Shown here in pieces: positions 26,518 to 39,630 of a stretch of 63,850 nucleotides of DNA. Source of the DNA: Octopus bimaculoides (lineage: Eukaryota); assembly GCF_001194135.2 (NCBI RefSeq), contig NC_068989.1:8514299-8578148 (forward strand), written 5' to 3'. Numbering within the stretch: the stretch's first letter is position 1; every line of letters starts with the position of its first letter. The position numbers and the translations under genes are program-made. A model generated the notes under the pieces. The model was not told where the DNA came from and did no database searches. It saw only the letters and a program-made list of their open reading frames with translations.

Positions 26518-28247
26518 TATCAGTGTTATCTTTTCAAGTGGCAGTTCTATCGTTATCAATAATAGTAATGATGATGATGATAATTTGTCATTGTTGCCAT
26601 AGGTTTGGTGTTTTGATGTTGCGAGATGACTATTTTAATGCTGTATTAAAACAAAATAAAAAAATCACTGACGAACTGCAGTCTGGAGACAAATTAATCA
26701 CTCTACCGGTATCTGTTCCATGAGATTTCTTTTCAGAATATTCATGTGTACAATCTGAATATATATGTATAAAAAAAAAATCAATCATTTATTGATTACA
26801 GTGTGGGGATGTGGAGAAAAGATACTGGAAAAATATAAAACATAAAACATACTTTGCAGTAGAATGTTTAGTGTTGCTTCTGTTGTTGCTGTTTTATAGA
26901 TTATAAAACAAAAAAAGTTAAAATTTAAATTAGGTTGGAGCCAAATCTGCCAGTAATATTTGGATTATAAATCAAACAGAAGAGATCTGTGATGGTTTAG
27001 TTTATGATGGAATTTTTACAGTGACAGTTGAGGGTAGGGGGCGATTATTTCGTTGGTTGGCTGCTGTCAAACTATAATGGACAACTTTTGAAAAACGATA
27101 TTCAATTAAATAATCATTTGTTTTTAACTAGAAACGCAGATTTAATTTCATAAAGATGAGACACAATATTCTACTGAATCGACGGCAATGTATTATTGGT
27201 AATGTTTTCGATTATCATGGAAACATAAATGTCATTGCTAATGTTCTTTTGCTGATTTCCTGTTTTAATGCTGTTTAGTTCAATGTCTTTACTCATGCAG
27301 GGGCATAAAATTATGTTTACATCAGGGATAAAACGCTAATGTGTAACACGCAAATACTTCTATAAACAGAATTAGTCACATAATTAAAACAGTTGCATTA
27401 GGATCAAAACTACGTATTCTTCGTTTGTTTCTTGATAATTTAATCTTTACATCTTAGTGTTAAGTTAGATGTAGTTGCTCGGTTATAATCTTGAGTAAAT
27501 CAGTATTTACAGGGTTCAATACCTGAGAGTTTGACAGCTTAAATGGAGACTGAAGACATGAAACCTCCAAATAACTTGGGTAGTAAACTTTCGTGTGAAA
27601 TCCACCATTTTGAAATTTAATTGAATAAAACGATAAATACAAACTGAAATCTTGGACAAAGTATATTTGGGCTAAGCTGAAAATAATTACTTTAATTTAA
27701 AAATACATCTAATCAGTGCCATAATAATGAGTTATGAATAATTTGCAAATTAATGACTTGCGTTGTCCGACATAATGTTCCTACATTCACGTAACAGATT
27801 TTAATGCGTCTTTTATGAAATTCTAATGAGGAAAGGTCATTAAAAATAATTTTTTTTTCAACGGATAGTTTAAAGGTTATAGACAAAGAGACCTAAATTT
27901 GAGACAGAAATAGAACTTGTGAATGTGTGACCTACCAGCTAGTGGTTTGCGGTTTAAAATGCTATATTTAGTCTAAAAAAAATTCGTATCATCTAAATCG
28001 ATAAGATATGGGTTAATAGACATAGTAATAAGACCACAAGCTAAAATATATAAGAATCTATATGTATGTATGTATATATATATATATATATATATATGTA
28101 CGTGTATATATATATACGTATGTATGTATGTATGTATGTATATATGTATGTATGTATGTATGTATGTTTGTATGTATGTATGTATGTATATGTATGTGTA
28201 TATATATATATATGTATGTGTATGTATATATATATGTGTATATATGT

Positions 28248-28546
28248 GGAGGCGCAGTGGCCCAGTGGTTAGGGCAGCGGACTCGCGGTCGGAGGATCAC
28301 GGTTTCGATTCCCATACCGGGCGTTGTGAGTGTTTATTGACCGAAAACACCTAAGTCCCACGAGGCTCCGGCAGGGGGTGGTGGCAACCCCTGTTGTACT
28401 CTTTCGCGTCAACTTTCTTTCACTCTTTTTTCCTGTTTCTTGAGTAACGCTGCGATGGACTGGCGTCCCGTCCAGCTGGGGGGAACACATACGCCATAGA
28501 AACCGGGAAACCAGGCCCATGAGCCTGGCTAGGCTTTGAAAGGGCA
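28248..28546 (+). mobile_element. tRNA-derived SINE (family C-related) with conserved central core, apparently near full length
   Basis: A box TGGCCCAGTGG, B box GGTTTCGATTCC, core GCTGCGATGGACTGGCGTCCCGTCCAG (28449-28475) and GAAACCGGGA (28499-28508); sits between TA/TATG microsatellites. Confidence 0.85.
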
Positions 28547-28816
28547 ACGTTTATCGTTTTTATGTGTATATATATGTGTGTGTATANNNNNNNNNNNNNN
28601 NNNNNNNNNNNNNNNNNNNNNNNNNNNNNNNNNNNNNNNNNNNNNNNNNNNNNNNNNNNNNNNNNNNNNNNNNNTATATATATATGTATGTTGTCCGACA
28701 TAATGTTCCTACATTCACGTAACAGATTTTATGGCGGCTTTTATGAAATTCTAAAGAGGAAAGGTCATTAAAAGTAATTTGAAAACAGACCCCTATAGCT
28801 CAGCAGAGAATAATAT

Positions 28817-29031
28817 TAATCCTTTCTATTATAAGCAAAAAGCATGAAATGTTGGTGGAGGGGGATACTCACTTAAATTGACCGTTGTACGTAACCGGTG
28901 TTTATTTTATCCACCACGAAAGGCTGAAAGGCAAAGTCGACCTCGGCGGAATTTGAACTCGGAACGTAAAGACGTACGAATTACCTCTGAGCATTTTGTT
29001 CAGCGTGCTAACGATTCTGCAAGGTCACCAC
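28817..29031 (-). mobile_element. SINE family B (tail type iii)
   Basis: GAAAGGCAAAGTCGACCTCGGCGGAATTTGAACTCGGAACGTAAAG...CGTGCTAACGATTCTGC on plus; distinct tail ending ATAATAGAAAGGATTA on minus. Confidence 0.85.
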
Positions 29032-29050
29032 ATTGCTAATGATGGTAATA

Positions 29051-29267
29051 ATGGTTTTACATTTTGGCACAAGTCCAGCAATTACGTGGGAAGGGGTAAA
29101 TCGATTGCATCACTCCCCAGTGTATAACTGGTACTTATTTTATCGACCCAGAAAAGATAAAAGGCAAAGTCTACCTCAGAGGCATTTGAACTCAGAACGT
29201 AAACACGGATGAAATGCCTCTAATCGTATTGTCCGGCGTGCTTACGATTCTGTCAACTCATCGCCTT
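29051..29267 (-). mobile_element. SINE family B, near full length (tail type ii)
   Basis: ATTTTGGCACAAGTCCAGCAATT tail through GGCGTGCTTACGATTCTGTCAACTCATCGCCTT head; followed by (AAT)n to about 29320. Confidence 0.85.
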
Positions 29268-29276
29268 AATAATATC

Positions 29277-29322
<46 letters not shown>

Positions 29323-30383
29323 TCTAAAAGCAATTTGACCAAATTATTATTTAACACTGCACATTATCAATATAATTCACGCGAGAAATTCGCTTAGTGC
29401 TTCCGTGACTTATGATTGTAGCGAATGCAATAAATCAAACGTTAGAAAACTTGTGAAAATCTCGTCCATTTCTAACAGCTCCGTTCCAAAGACGCAAAAG
29501 ATTCATAAAATAAATGTGACGGTATCGAGGGAGAATAATGGGTGATGTGAGAACTAGGCAGTTATAAAGATTTATATGAAAGTAAAGCACTGAGTGTGTG
29601 AGTGAATAGTTGGCGTGAATCAAATAGGCAAGTTGTTAGGAATTACTAACCTATATAATAAATTGAATCTCCTTAGGCATTCCATAACTGGAATCTTCAC
29701 ACGAAGTAGCGAACGGTAATTTTCAACTGAGAAGATATTTGAAGGAGAAAAAAAAGTAAAAAAAAAAAAAAAACAGAGAAAAGGCAACAACCGGCGGCTA
29801 TATTCAAAATATAAGTTTGAATGGATGTTTGGGAAATACATGTCATATTAAAACAGGAATGGATCATTGAAATCGAAAAAAGGGATTATTTTTACTGTTT
29901 GCTTTATTGATACTGTTTTTCAACTGATTTAATCAAGCATGATAACGTGGATACCCAATATCTAGACTGTGAAGAAATCTACGAATATTTCAGGTAGATA
30001 TATATATATATATATATATACATTTGTCCTTCTCTATTTCATTTCACTGTACGTTATGTTTGTCTTTCTTTATTATTTATTTCTTAACTATCTAAAGATT
30101 TCAATATCACAGGGAAAGAATAAGTTAAATGCTGAGATGACAAGGGTACTAACGGGGAAATTTAAATAAATACCAACCAAATAACAAATACGAATAGAAG
30201 TTTTAAATAAGCTGTTAGATTGCATTTTGCTTTAGAACTAAATTCACGTTCCATCTCTGGATTATTTATGTTATTGAATACCAAGGAGAAATACTAGTCT
30301 GCTGATTTTGATAGCCAATTGACCAGTATGATTAGAAATAATGATTCCTGTATTGGGAACATGGCCACTGATTTGAGAAGAAT

Positions 30384-30576
30384 TGTAAGCAAATTCGAGG
30401 TGGGTGATTAGTCGATTGCATCAACCCCACTGTTCAATTAGTACTTACTTTATCGACCCCTAAAGGATTAAAAGGCAAAGTCGAACTCGGCGGAATTTGA
30501 ACCCAGGACTTAAGAATGGACGAAATGTCGCTAAGAATTGTGTCCGGCATGCTAACTATTCTGCCAGCTCGTCGCA
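30384..30576 (-). mobile_element. SINE family B
   Basis: TTATCGACCCCTAAAGGATTAAAAGGCAAAGTCGAACTCGGCGGAATTTGAACCCAG...GCATGCTAACTATTCTGCCAGCTCGTCGC. Confidence 0.85.
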
Positions 30577-31119
30577 TCAATAATAAGAAGAAGAATGATA
30601 ATAATAATGATAGTGGTGATTAATTATATAGGCCAATACTTTGGCCTTTTAGAGGATGCCTAAAATGGTTATATCGACCGGACAGATATTTGTGGGTATT
30701 TTTATTCAACGTTCAGTGACACAAACAAAGAAACGTGCATATAGGACTTGGCAAGATGTGTGGACTGTAACAAGCAAGTTTTATTAAAAGGAATGGGAGC
30801 TAAAATATACTATACATCATTATAGGGTGTGGATAAGACTTATGGAAAACATTAAAATAATTACACACACTCTGTTTCAGTTTACATACGTACAATTATA
30901 CACACATACACATAGACATAAATAAGCATGCATATAGGTTTGCACACCCGTCTGCGTTTTTTTTTTTTGTAAATTCTCACCAAATGATGGAGTCTCCCGT
31001 CGTTAGACGACGTATGAGGGCTTGACAGTTTTTTACCGAACAACCACACGGATAATTTGTTTAAAATGATCAAATGCTTGTGTAGACATAAGCTCACTCC
31101 CTCCATCAGATCGACATTA

Positions 31120-31192
31120 CCTGTACAGGTGCAACAGGGTGCGTCATGTCAGATGGCGAAGTGATCTCGGAGTAACATGAAATGAAGTCTTT
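31120..31192 (-). mobile_element. SINE family C body fragment
   Basis: GGAGTAACATGAAATGAAGTCTTT is the reverse of the C body motif (CACTTCATTTCACGTTGCTCC-like) and parallels part of 52296-52453. Confidence 0.45.
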
Positions 31193-32556
31193 ACAGCATT
31201 TCTTTAATTCGTTATATTTTTATATTTTTATGGTATTATATAATAATATACAGCCCTTAATCTTCTGTACGGACTATCTGGTTTATGTTCGTGTCGTGAT
31301 TTAATAGATGTGTGACACTTCGGAAACATATCTATAACCTAACTTTTTCATGATCCTTTTAGTTTAATTCCGTCTTTTCCATTTAGCTCTTACAATTGAA
31401 CAACATCCTTTGGATATTTAGTGGTTTTATGGAGTCATACGTACTTGTATGAGACACACAAAAAACAATATTATTAACAATTCCGTCAGCACTAAGCACC
31501 TGCTCACATTGTGCCTGTAAAATGATTTCGATGTAGAGCATCTATATACCTGATTTTGTATCCTTTTCAGATTCCTCACTTTGCTGTTTTCGTAATCTTC
31601 ATCCTAGTCCTCTCAGTACTTTACAAAGTTTTCTTATGAAAGCTGGTCTAGAATTTTCTCAGAGAATTACCCATGTTAGCGTAGACAATCAAGGTCCCAC
31701 TTTCTTATCATTTTGGGGCTTATGACATAACGTATACATAAAAGAGTACTTTATTTGTAACTCATTTTCCCTGTGGATTTTGTACTCCGATCCCATTTCA
31801 ATCTCAATCAGTATCTCGTATAGAAAGCTCTCATATATTTCATGTTTGTTGCATCAAGCCTTCAGCTGCGATTGCTAAGGGCTGTGAAATCTCCTTTGTA
31901 GAGAGCAGAGAAGGTCACACCTAAACAGAGTGCCTTTCCAATTTCTGGCGAAGTGGACTTTTCGGGAAAGGGGCTTCACCTGTTGGGAGAAAAGCTTCTT
32001 CTTACTTACACATTTTTATGCATTTTGAATCCTGTTGTTTTGTTGTACGTGAAATTGAGCTTTCTATTCTTATTTTTGTTTATTACCGCCTGCGTAAGTT
32101 TTCTCAGCCCACTCAATCTCCATCTGGTCCCATCCTAACAAGTAAACGATGTTGTAATACTGTGATGTGAGCGTTCAGTTTGTTTGTTATTTTTTTCCTT
32201 TCCTACAGTTGTTATTGCTGCTGACTTCCCCCTTAAAATGTATGATTCTTTCTCTGCATTGATTTCACTGCTTGTTGTGGCTGAATAATAATTTAGTTGA
32301 TTAGGATGAAGAAACTCATAATTTCAACATGGCTGTTCCTATTAATTATACTTTTGAAAGGACATTTTCAAAGAAACATGTTTACAGGTGGTCAAATCAA
32401 ATGAAACAACGAAATCCGATCCCAAAGTCTTTAATACCAGGCTATTGTTATTTTCGTATGATATTTCAGATAATAACAATACTTGTAAAAATATTTTGCA
32501 GTTGAAAATACATTTCGCCATCCGCCTTTTCACTCGTCGCCGTCATCGTCGTCGAC

Positions 32557-32596
<40 letters not shown>

Positions 32597-33534
32597 CTGG
32601 TTGTGGTGGTAGCGAGTGGAAAAGTGGATAGTGCTAACAAATTGTTTTAAATTTCCCTACAACAAAACAAGCGAAACGCCGGAGAATTATTGAATTCATT
32701 TTCAAATTAGAATTATAGAGCGAGAAATTTGTCAATAAGATTTAGGGGAAAAAAAAAAACGCTGTAAAGTACAATACAGATAAACGATAACAATAAAAAC
32801 TGCAATAATAAGGAAAAATATTCACCATGTCCCCCAAATCACAAATATTGAAGAAGATGAAAACATCTTTCATTTCGTTTTTTTCTTTTGTTTTTTTGTC
32901 CTTTTGTTTTAATTTCTTTCACGCTTCCAAGAATCGTCATTTGCTGAAGCTTTGTAAATTTGTCGGCAGTGAATGGATTAGGATAACTTTTCATTTACAA
33001 TCGACATTCCAGGATACATTTCGACGAATATTTTCAACGACTCTGTGGTATTGCTTTTATATACAACATTGCAACATTTCATTTTACTGATTAGAAAATG
33101 TTACATAATTCTGACAAAATGTTTTCATCCCAAGAAATCACGTTGTCAATCTGAAGAGGATATAGAATTGAGAGCATTGAATTGTAGTCTTTTAATGTGG
33201 TTAAAGACACAATTTCTGTATATGTTACCTTCGATTCATTCCTTGTAATTATATTAAGGGGTATGTTGTTTAGTGACTCAGGAGATGAAGATAATAACAT
33301 GACAGTTTAACCCTCTGTGGGATATGGATCTTTTACTTGCATATACCGTATTGTCTCGGTAAATGTACGGCGGAAGGGCTTGCACAATAGTTATATCGAA
33401 AGGAAAGTTTGTGAACGAGATGAGGAAGGTAGAAGAGAAAACAATTAGAAAAACTAGAAAACGTGCATCGACATTTTGAAAGCAATGGGAATCTGCTTCT
33501 GCACTACACAATTTTGAGAAAAGTTATTTGAGAT

Positions 33535-33905
33535 CGGATGATGATTATGATGACGGTGGTGGTGATGGTGATGGTGGTGGTGATGGTGGTGGTTGTAGTG
33601 GTTGAGTTGATTGTAGTTATGATGATGATGATGATGACGACGACGACGATGAAAATGATGATGATTATGAAAACTTCCAATACTTCCCCCATCATCAACA
33701 CAAACATCACACTTAAGGATTAAAAGCTAAAGTTAGCACCATGACAACGATGACGAGGAGGAGGAGTAAGAGGAGGAGGAGTAAGAGGAGGAGGAGTAAG
33801 AGGTGGAGGAGGAGGAGGAGGAGGACAATGATGAAAGATGATGACGCCGACGATGATGACGCCGACGATGACTACGATGATGATTATCATAAGGATGGTG
33901 ATGTA
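33535..33905. repeat. GAT/GGT/GAG low-complexity tract with a 15-bp unit x3
   Basis: GAGGAGGAGGAGTAA repeated at 33755, 33770 and 33785 within degenerate triplet repeats. Confidence 0.85.
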
Positions 33906-34198
33906 AATAATGACAACCAAGCCTACGAACACATAATACCCTCGTTTAGGACTGATATAATGAATTTTCGTTTGTAACTCGTTTGCAATAAATATAATTG
34001 TTAATTGAAACGTTACCGAGGGGACATCATTAAAACAATTAATGAACATCTATTGAAAAGCGGGAATAAGATATTGGGAAAATAAATCCGAGAAAACAAA
34101 GAGATTAAACGTTCGTCAACAAAATGTTTCCTAAACGGAACAGAAATATGTGGAACAAAAATGTTATGGCCATAACAAGCAATCGTTTATCTTGTGTC

Positions 34199-34536
34199 TT
34201 TTACTTGTTTCAGACATTTGACTGCGGCCATGCTGGGGCACCACCTTGAAGGGCTTTAGTCGAACATATCGACTTCAGGACTCTGTTTTTCTAAAGCTTA
34301 GTAATTATTCTTTTGGTGGTGGCGGACACAGGCACAGACCCACACACACACCCACATATATATATTTATTTATTTATGGCGGGATTCTTTCCGTTTCTGT
34401 GTAGCAAGATCACTCACAAGGCTTTGGTCGGTCGGAGGCTATAATAAAGAACACTTGAACCAAGATGCCACGCAGTGGTACTGAACCCGAAACCATGTTG
34501 TTTGTAAGCAAGCTTCTTACCACACATCTACGCCTG
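34199..34536 (-). mobile_element. SINE family A, bipartite: tRNA-like head, internal microsatellite, 3' module
   Basis: 34379-34536 is the reverse complement of the A head, about 34325-34375 is CA/TA repeat, and 34199-34315 is the module also seen alone at 19547. Confidence 0.8.
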
Positions 34537-34722
34537 GGCCACTGTTGATGAAATGCATTAGCGATAACTAAATATTAAATAGTACTACATAAATTCCCTC
34601 CACATAGTCATTGACAAATAAAGCTTCTACAATATAAATAGATATAATGGCCGGTGTAAGCAAACATGCACATGTACAGGTGCACGTCTTTCTATATTAT
34701 TTATGCCGTTGTATAAAGCGTA

Positions 34723-34876
34723 GCCGCATGGTGTAGTGGTTAGAATGTTACACGCACGATCGCAAGATCGTAGTTTTGATTCTCGCACCGGCCGGTGCGT
34801 TGTGCTCTTTCATGTTCGTCCAATCCAATCATCTAAAAATGAGTGTTCCTACGACGAACTGGCATGCTGTTGAGGG
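34723..34876 (+). mobile_element. SINE family C with degenerate core
   Basis: GCCGCATGGTGTAGTGGTTAG...GATCGTAGTTTTGATTC...GCGTTGTG...AAAAATGAGTGTTCCTACGACGAACTGGCATGCTGTTGAGGG. Confidence 0.75.
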
Positions 34877-35103
34877 AGTGGGGATTGCTGTCATCACAGT
34901 CACGTGGAACAAGATAACTGATCCTAGAAATCGAGTTAGTAATATCCAGGAGTTGATGATGACGATATAAATACCAAAATATAGAATTCTTTGAGTATTC
35001 TAGAGAAGTTTACTATTATCGTCTCCAGAAACAAAACGATACAACTCATGGAGATTCTTCAGCATAATTACGTATGCGATTTAAGTATGTTCGTTTATCA
35101 ATA

Positions 35104-35270
35104 TTGGTTTGAAATTTTGGCACAAAGCCAGCAATTAAGGAGGAGGGGGCAAATCGATTACATCGACCCCAGGACCCAATTGCTACTTATTTTATAGATC
35201 CCGATTGGATGGAAGGCAAAGTCGGCTTCCACAAAATTTGAGCTCAGACAATAAAGACTGATGAAATGCC
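35104..35270 (-). mobile_element. SINE family B (tail type ii), 5'-truncated
   Basis: GGTTTGAAATTTTGGCACAAAGCCAGCAATT...AATCGATTACATCGACCCCAG...GAAGGCAAAGTCGGC...AATTTGAGCTCAG. Confidence 0.85.
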
Positions 35271-35571
35271 TGAAATAAACGTACAAATAATTTTCAGACA
35301 AACATAAATATCTAACGGCATTTTTATTACCCTTGACTCAAATCAGTATGTTTAGTAATTCATTGGCGTATAGTCGCTACTCTGGCAATTGAATATGTAT
35401 TTCAGTAAATTCGTTCTGAGAATTGTTTAAACAAATTTTTGAAGTGAGCCCTGCTAATATATCCGCCCGTGTACCTATTTATAATGCTTGAATGTTCTCG
35501 TTACATTCATACATTGCTAGAAATATAGTAGTGATGAGATCCGTATAGTTTTGGTAGCTTATGCATGTGTG

Positions 35572-35616
<45 letters not shown>

Positions 35617-36115
35617 ATACATATATAATATATATAATAGTATACGTGTGTATATAGTATATGTGTATATAATATATATAATATATGTATATATAATATA
35701 TATAATATATGTATATATAATATATATAATAGTATATATANNNNNNNNNNNNNNNNNNNNNNNNNNNNNNNNNNNNNNNNNNNNNNNNNNNNNNNNNNNN
35801 NNNNNNNNNNNNNNNNNNNNNNNNNNNNNNNNNNNNNNNNNNNNNNNNNNNNNNNNNNNNNNNNNNNNNNNNNNNNNNNNNNNNNNNNNNNNNNNNNNNN
35901 NNNNNNNNNNNNNNNNNNNNNNNNNNNNNNNNNNNNNNNNNNNNNNNNNNNNNNNNNNNNNNNNNNNNNNNNNNNNNNNNNNNNNNNNNNNNNNNNNNNN
36001 NNNNNNNNNNNNNNNNNNNNNNNNNNNNNNNNNNNNNNNNNNNNNNNNNNNNNNNNNNNNNNNNNNNNNNNNNNNNNNNNNNNNNNNNNNNNNNNNNNNN
36101 NNNNNNNNNNNNNNN

Positions 36116-36146
<31 letters not shown>

Positions 36147-37218
36147 TATGTATGTATATACACATTTGTGTATGCGAGTGTACGTGTCTGCGAGAGAGAG
36201 AGTGAAATTTTTATTACTGTTATTGATGGTGTGAAAACTCAGATCAATCCTGGTTAATCAGATCGAAGACCAAACTTATTCATATGAAATTTGTATTCAG
36301 AGACATCAAAATGCCAATATTATCATACGCTTGCATATCCTCGCTCTCAGCATACATAAATATACGTAACTATGCCAGAACAGAAAGTATTTCGTTTGAA
36401 TTATATCATTATTATTGGTGAGCTGTGTTCAATAGCGAGGCTCGGAAACAAGGAGTCGGGAGAATATGCAAAATTTGTGCAAGCAATAAAGAGTTCAAGG
36501 AAATGTTTAAGATTTAGTGGATAAACAAGTGTGCACACACTTATAACATTAACCTACGCTCGCGCGCTTATACCGTCACATGAAAATTCACAGTAAAAAA
36601 ATACATCAAAAATATCTTATGTCCTATTAATTATAATTCAGCATTTAAGTATAGTTTGAAAGTGGATGAAATATCTCCGATCTTCTTCAAAGGAATAAAT
36701 GTATATTTTCTTCAAAGACCTCGAAATAAAATTATTCGGTTTTAGTGTTTTGTTATGTTTAGTAAATCGCTAGAATTTTGCCCTTCGGTTTATTATTTTT
36801 TTAAACTTTATCTCGTACTTTAAATTTATGGGGGTCTTCAAAAAGAAAATTAAGGAAACAGCTGTGTGTGATTACGTGAGTGCATTGTTATTTCTGCAGG
36901 TGGTAGGAGAGACAAAGCTATAATATCACGCAATGGCGATTAACTTTTTGAGATTCTTTTTTCTGGGGAGTCGGAATTATACAATATGGTCGGGTATGAT
37001 GACACAGTTTAACTATAAAACTATGAAAATAACCTCGTCTTATAACAGTCGTCTTAGAGTACGAGCAAATAAAAGTACGAACACTGATAGTTGTTTCTCA
37101 TATAGGAATAAGGTCCAAAATTTGGAGGACGGGGTCAGTTAGTTACGTCAACACACACCCAGCATCAAATGCAAAATATCAATTGCTATCTGTCGATTCT
37201 GCCTGCCGTCATTTGCTG

Positions 37219-37259
<41 letters not shown>

Positions 37260-38524
37260 NNNNNNNNNNNNNNNNNNNNNNNNNNNNNNNNNNNNNNNNN
37301 NNNNNNNNNNNNNNNNNNNNNNNNNNNNNNNNNNNNNNNNNNNNNNNNNNNNNNNNNNNNNNNNNNNNNNNNNNNNNNNNNNNNNNNNNNNNNNNNNNNN
37401 NNNNNNNNNNNNNNNNNNNNNNNNNNNNNNNNNNNNNNNNNNNNNNNNNNNNNNNNNNNNNNNNNNNNNNNNNNNNNNNNNNNNNNNNNNNNNNNNNNNN
37501 NNNNNNNNNNNNNNNNNNNNNNNNNNNNNNNNNNNNNNNNNNNNNNNNNNNNNNNNNNNNNNNNNNNNNNNNNNNNNNNNNNNNNNNNNNNNNNNNNNNN
37601 NNNNNNNNNNNNNNNNNNNNNNNNNNNNNNNNNNNNNNNNNNNNNNNNNNNNNNNNNNNNNNNNNNNNNNNNNNNNNNNNNNNNNNNNNNNNNNNNNNNN
37701 NNNNNNNNNNNNNNNNNNNNNNNNNNNNNNNNNNNNNNNNNNNNNNNNNNNNNNNNNNNNNNNNNNNNNNNNNNNNNNNNNNNNNNNNNNNNNNNNNNNN
37801 NNNNNNNNNNNNNNNNNNNNTATATATATATATATATGACACACCATGATTCAGAATACATGCATATGAGTAATGCAACTCAATTGGGATTTTTTAGTTG
37901 TGGACAGTGAATCATGTAAAGACACTCTTTTTACTCTAAATATAAAGAGAAACCAGCGGCGAATCATCTTGCAAATCTGATTCGAGATATTTGTTCCGCA
38001 TCAGATACGCAACACTATTCTTTCACTATACAAAGAATTTCAAATCTGTGTGACAATAAATATAGGAATAGCTAGCTTATCAGTATATAGCATTAAGAGC
38101 CATCTTGTCTGGTATATAAAAACATGGGCCGTCCAGGAAGTAAGTTAATGTATATTTCCATAGAATGCAGCATGATTCAGAATGCCTAAAACATGTATGA
38201 TGTAGATAACACTTATTTACATAGAACCCTTCATAATTCAGAATACCTGTGACATGCTTTATGTAGATAACAGTTATTTAAAAACCTTCCGCAGCAAAAA
38301 AAAAAGTCAAATGATGCGAAAATATCATATTCTTTTATAAACCTAAAGGCTCACTCATCCCTTCACTCTCTCTCTCTCTCTCTCCCTCACTCACACTCTC
38401 TCTTTCACTTGCCCACCCCCTCTCATTTTCTCTCACTGTGTTGCAGTTTGATGCTTACTTAAAGACATGAAATTTTATTTTCACATGTTGTTTACTTGTT
38501 TTCTCTTATTAGTTACTAAATTGT

Positions 38525-38735
38525 GGAGGCACGTTTCTTAATGGTTAGGATGCTGGATTAATTATCGTAAAATCATAGTTTTTATTCCTAGGCGTTCTGT
38601 TCATAAGCAAAATACTTCATTTCATGTTGCTCCAGTACACGCAGCTGACAATAATGAGTAAATCCTACGACGGACCGGTGTCCCGCCCCTGGTGGAGCAC
38701 ATGCTTCATGCAAACCACGAAACCGACCTTATGGG
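38525..38735 (+). mobile_element. SINE family C with degenerate core
   Basis: GGAGGCACG..TTAATGGTTAGG head, TTTCATGTTGCTCCAGTACACGCAGCTG..AATGAGTA body, CCTACGACGGACCGGTGTCCCGCCC and GAAACCGA core. Confidence 0.7.
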
Positions 38736-38879
38736 TCTATATGATTCGAGGAGGATCTTTATCCTTTATCCTAGTTAAACAGAAGGTGACGAGCAGGCAG
38801 AATCCTTATCCGAATATCTTCTCGAAATGAGATAATTCGGGGGCGGATTGGAGTGATCTGAAAACACTGAAAGCACAAG

Positions 38880-39132
38880 TTCCACTGTGCTGGATGCTGG
38901 GTCGTAAGATTCACAGACAACACATGGATACTATGACGTCACCGAGTGATATCACAAAGAGATCGGAAAAGTCTACTTAGAAGGTCTACAAGGCGATGGA
39001 AAGACGATCGAGTTAAGCAATTTTGGTCAAGATGCAAAAGAACGGTGCAATTAAGACAGAATCGGAAGTGTATTGCAACGAGCAGTGTATAACAGCATCG
39101 GATGGTCCGGGTGATGATGTGATGCTGTGATG
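38880..39132 (+). mobile_element. RTE-clade LINE 3' end remnant
   Basis: Across two frameshifts reads (C)AG..VVRFTDNTWIL / VTE*Y / RDRKSLLRRSTRRWKDDRVK, like the RTE terminus WAGHVAR..DNRW..RVTEW.PRDGKR.RGRP..RW.DD; ends in a TGA-rich short-repeat tail. Confidence 0.65.
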
Positions 39133-39630
39133 GCCTTACAGTCTTTTACAATTATTGTTGTGCATTCAACACTGTGTGAAATATTAATCGAATGTGTTTA
39201 CGATATACACAAACGTTTCCTTCATTTGTTTACGTTCTATTCTGTCTACTTCATAAATACTTGAGTATTTGTAAGTCTGTAGTCGGCCAAATTCTCTTTC
39301 TAAGTTTTGGTTCTTTATTTCAGATGACAGAGATTTTTAATTAATTGTCTTACCTTTCAAGGTTTTCTAAGCACATTTTCTATTCCGAAAGTCTCATCAA
39401 TTAGATCGTTGCACAAGTGTAACAATGCCTTTCTCTTTTATCCTTGTAAGTGTAAATTGGAGGCCATCACTATACAAAGATAATTAATTGGCCTCGTGTA
39501 TCATTTCCATTTGAGTCGTAGTTTGTTTCAATATGTTTGTTAAAACCGCGACGGTAAGGCGTGGTAAATGGTATTTCTTCTTAAATATTTCATTTAGTCT
39601 GTATTTGCTATGAATATTAATGCTGTTTAT

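Noticed and set aside
31600-32140. Possible decayed LINE on minus (RLDATNMKYMR...LKW) and nearby splice-like signals
   Set aside because: The motif is too short and interrupted to assign without a profile search.
33010-33510. Overlapping short ORFs suggesting a decayed gene
   Set aside because: Stops in all frames and no recognisable domain.
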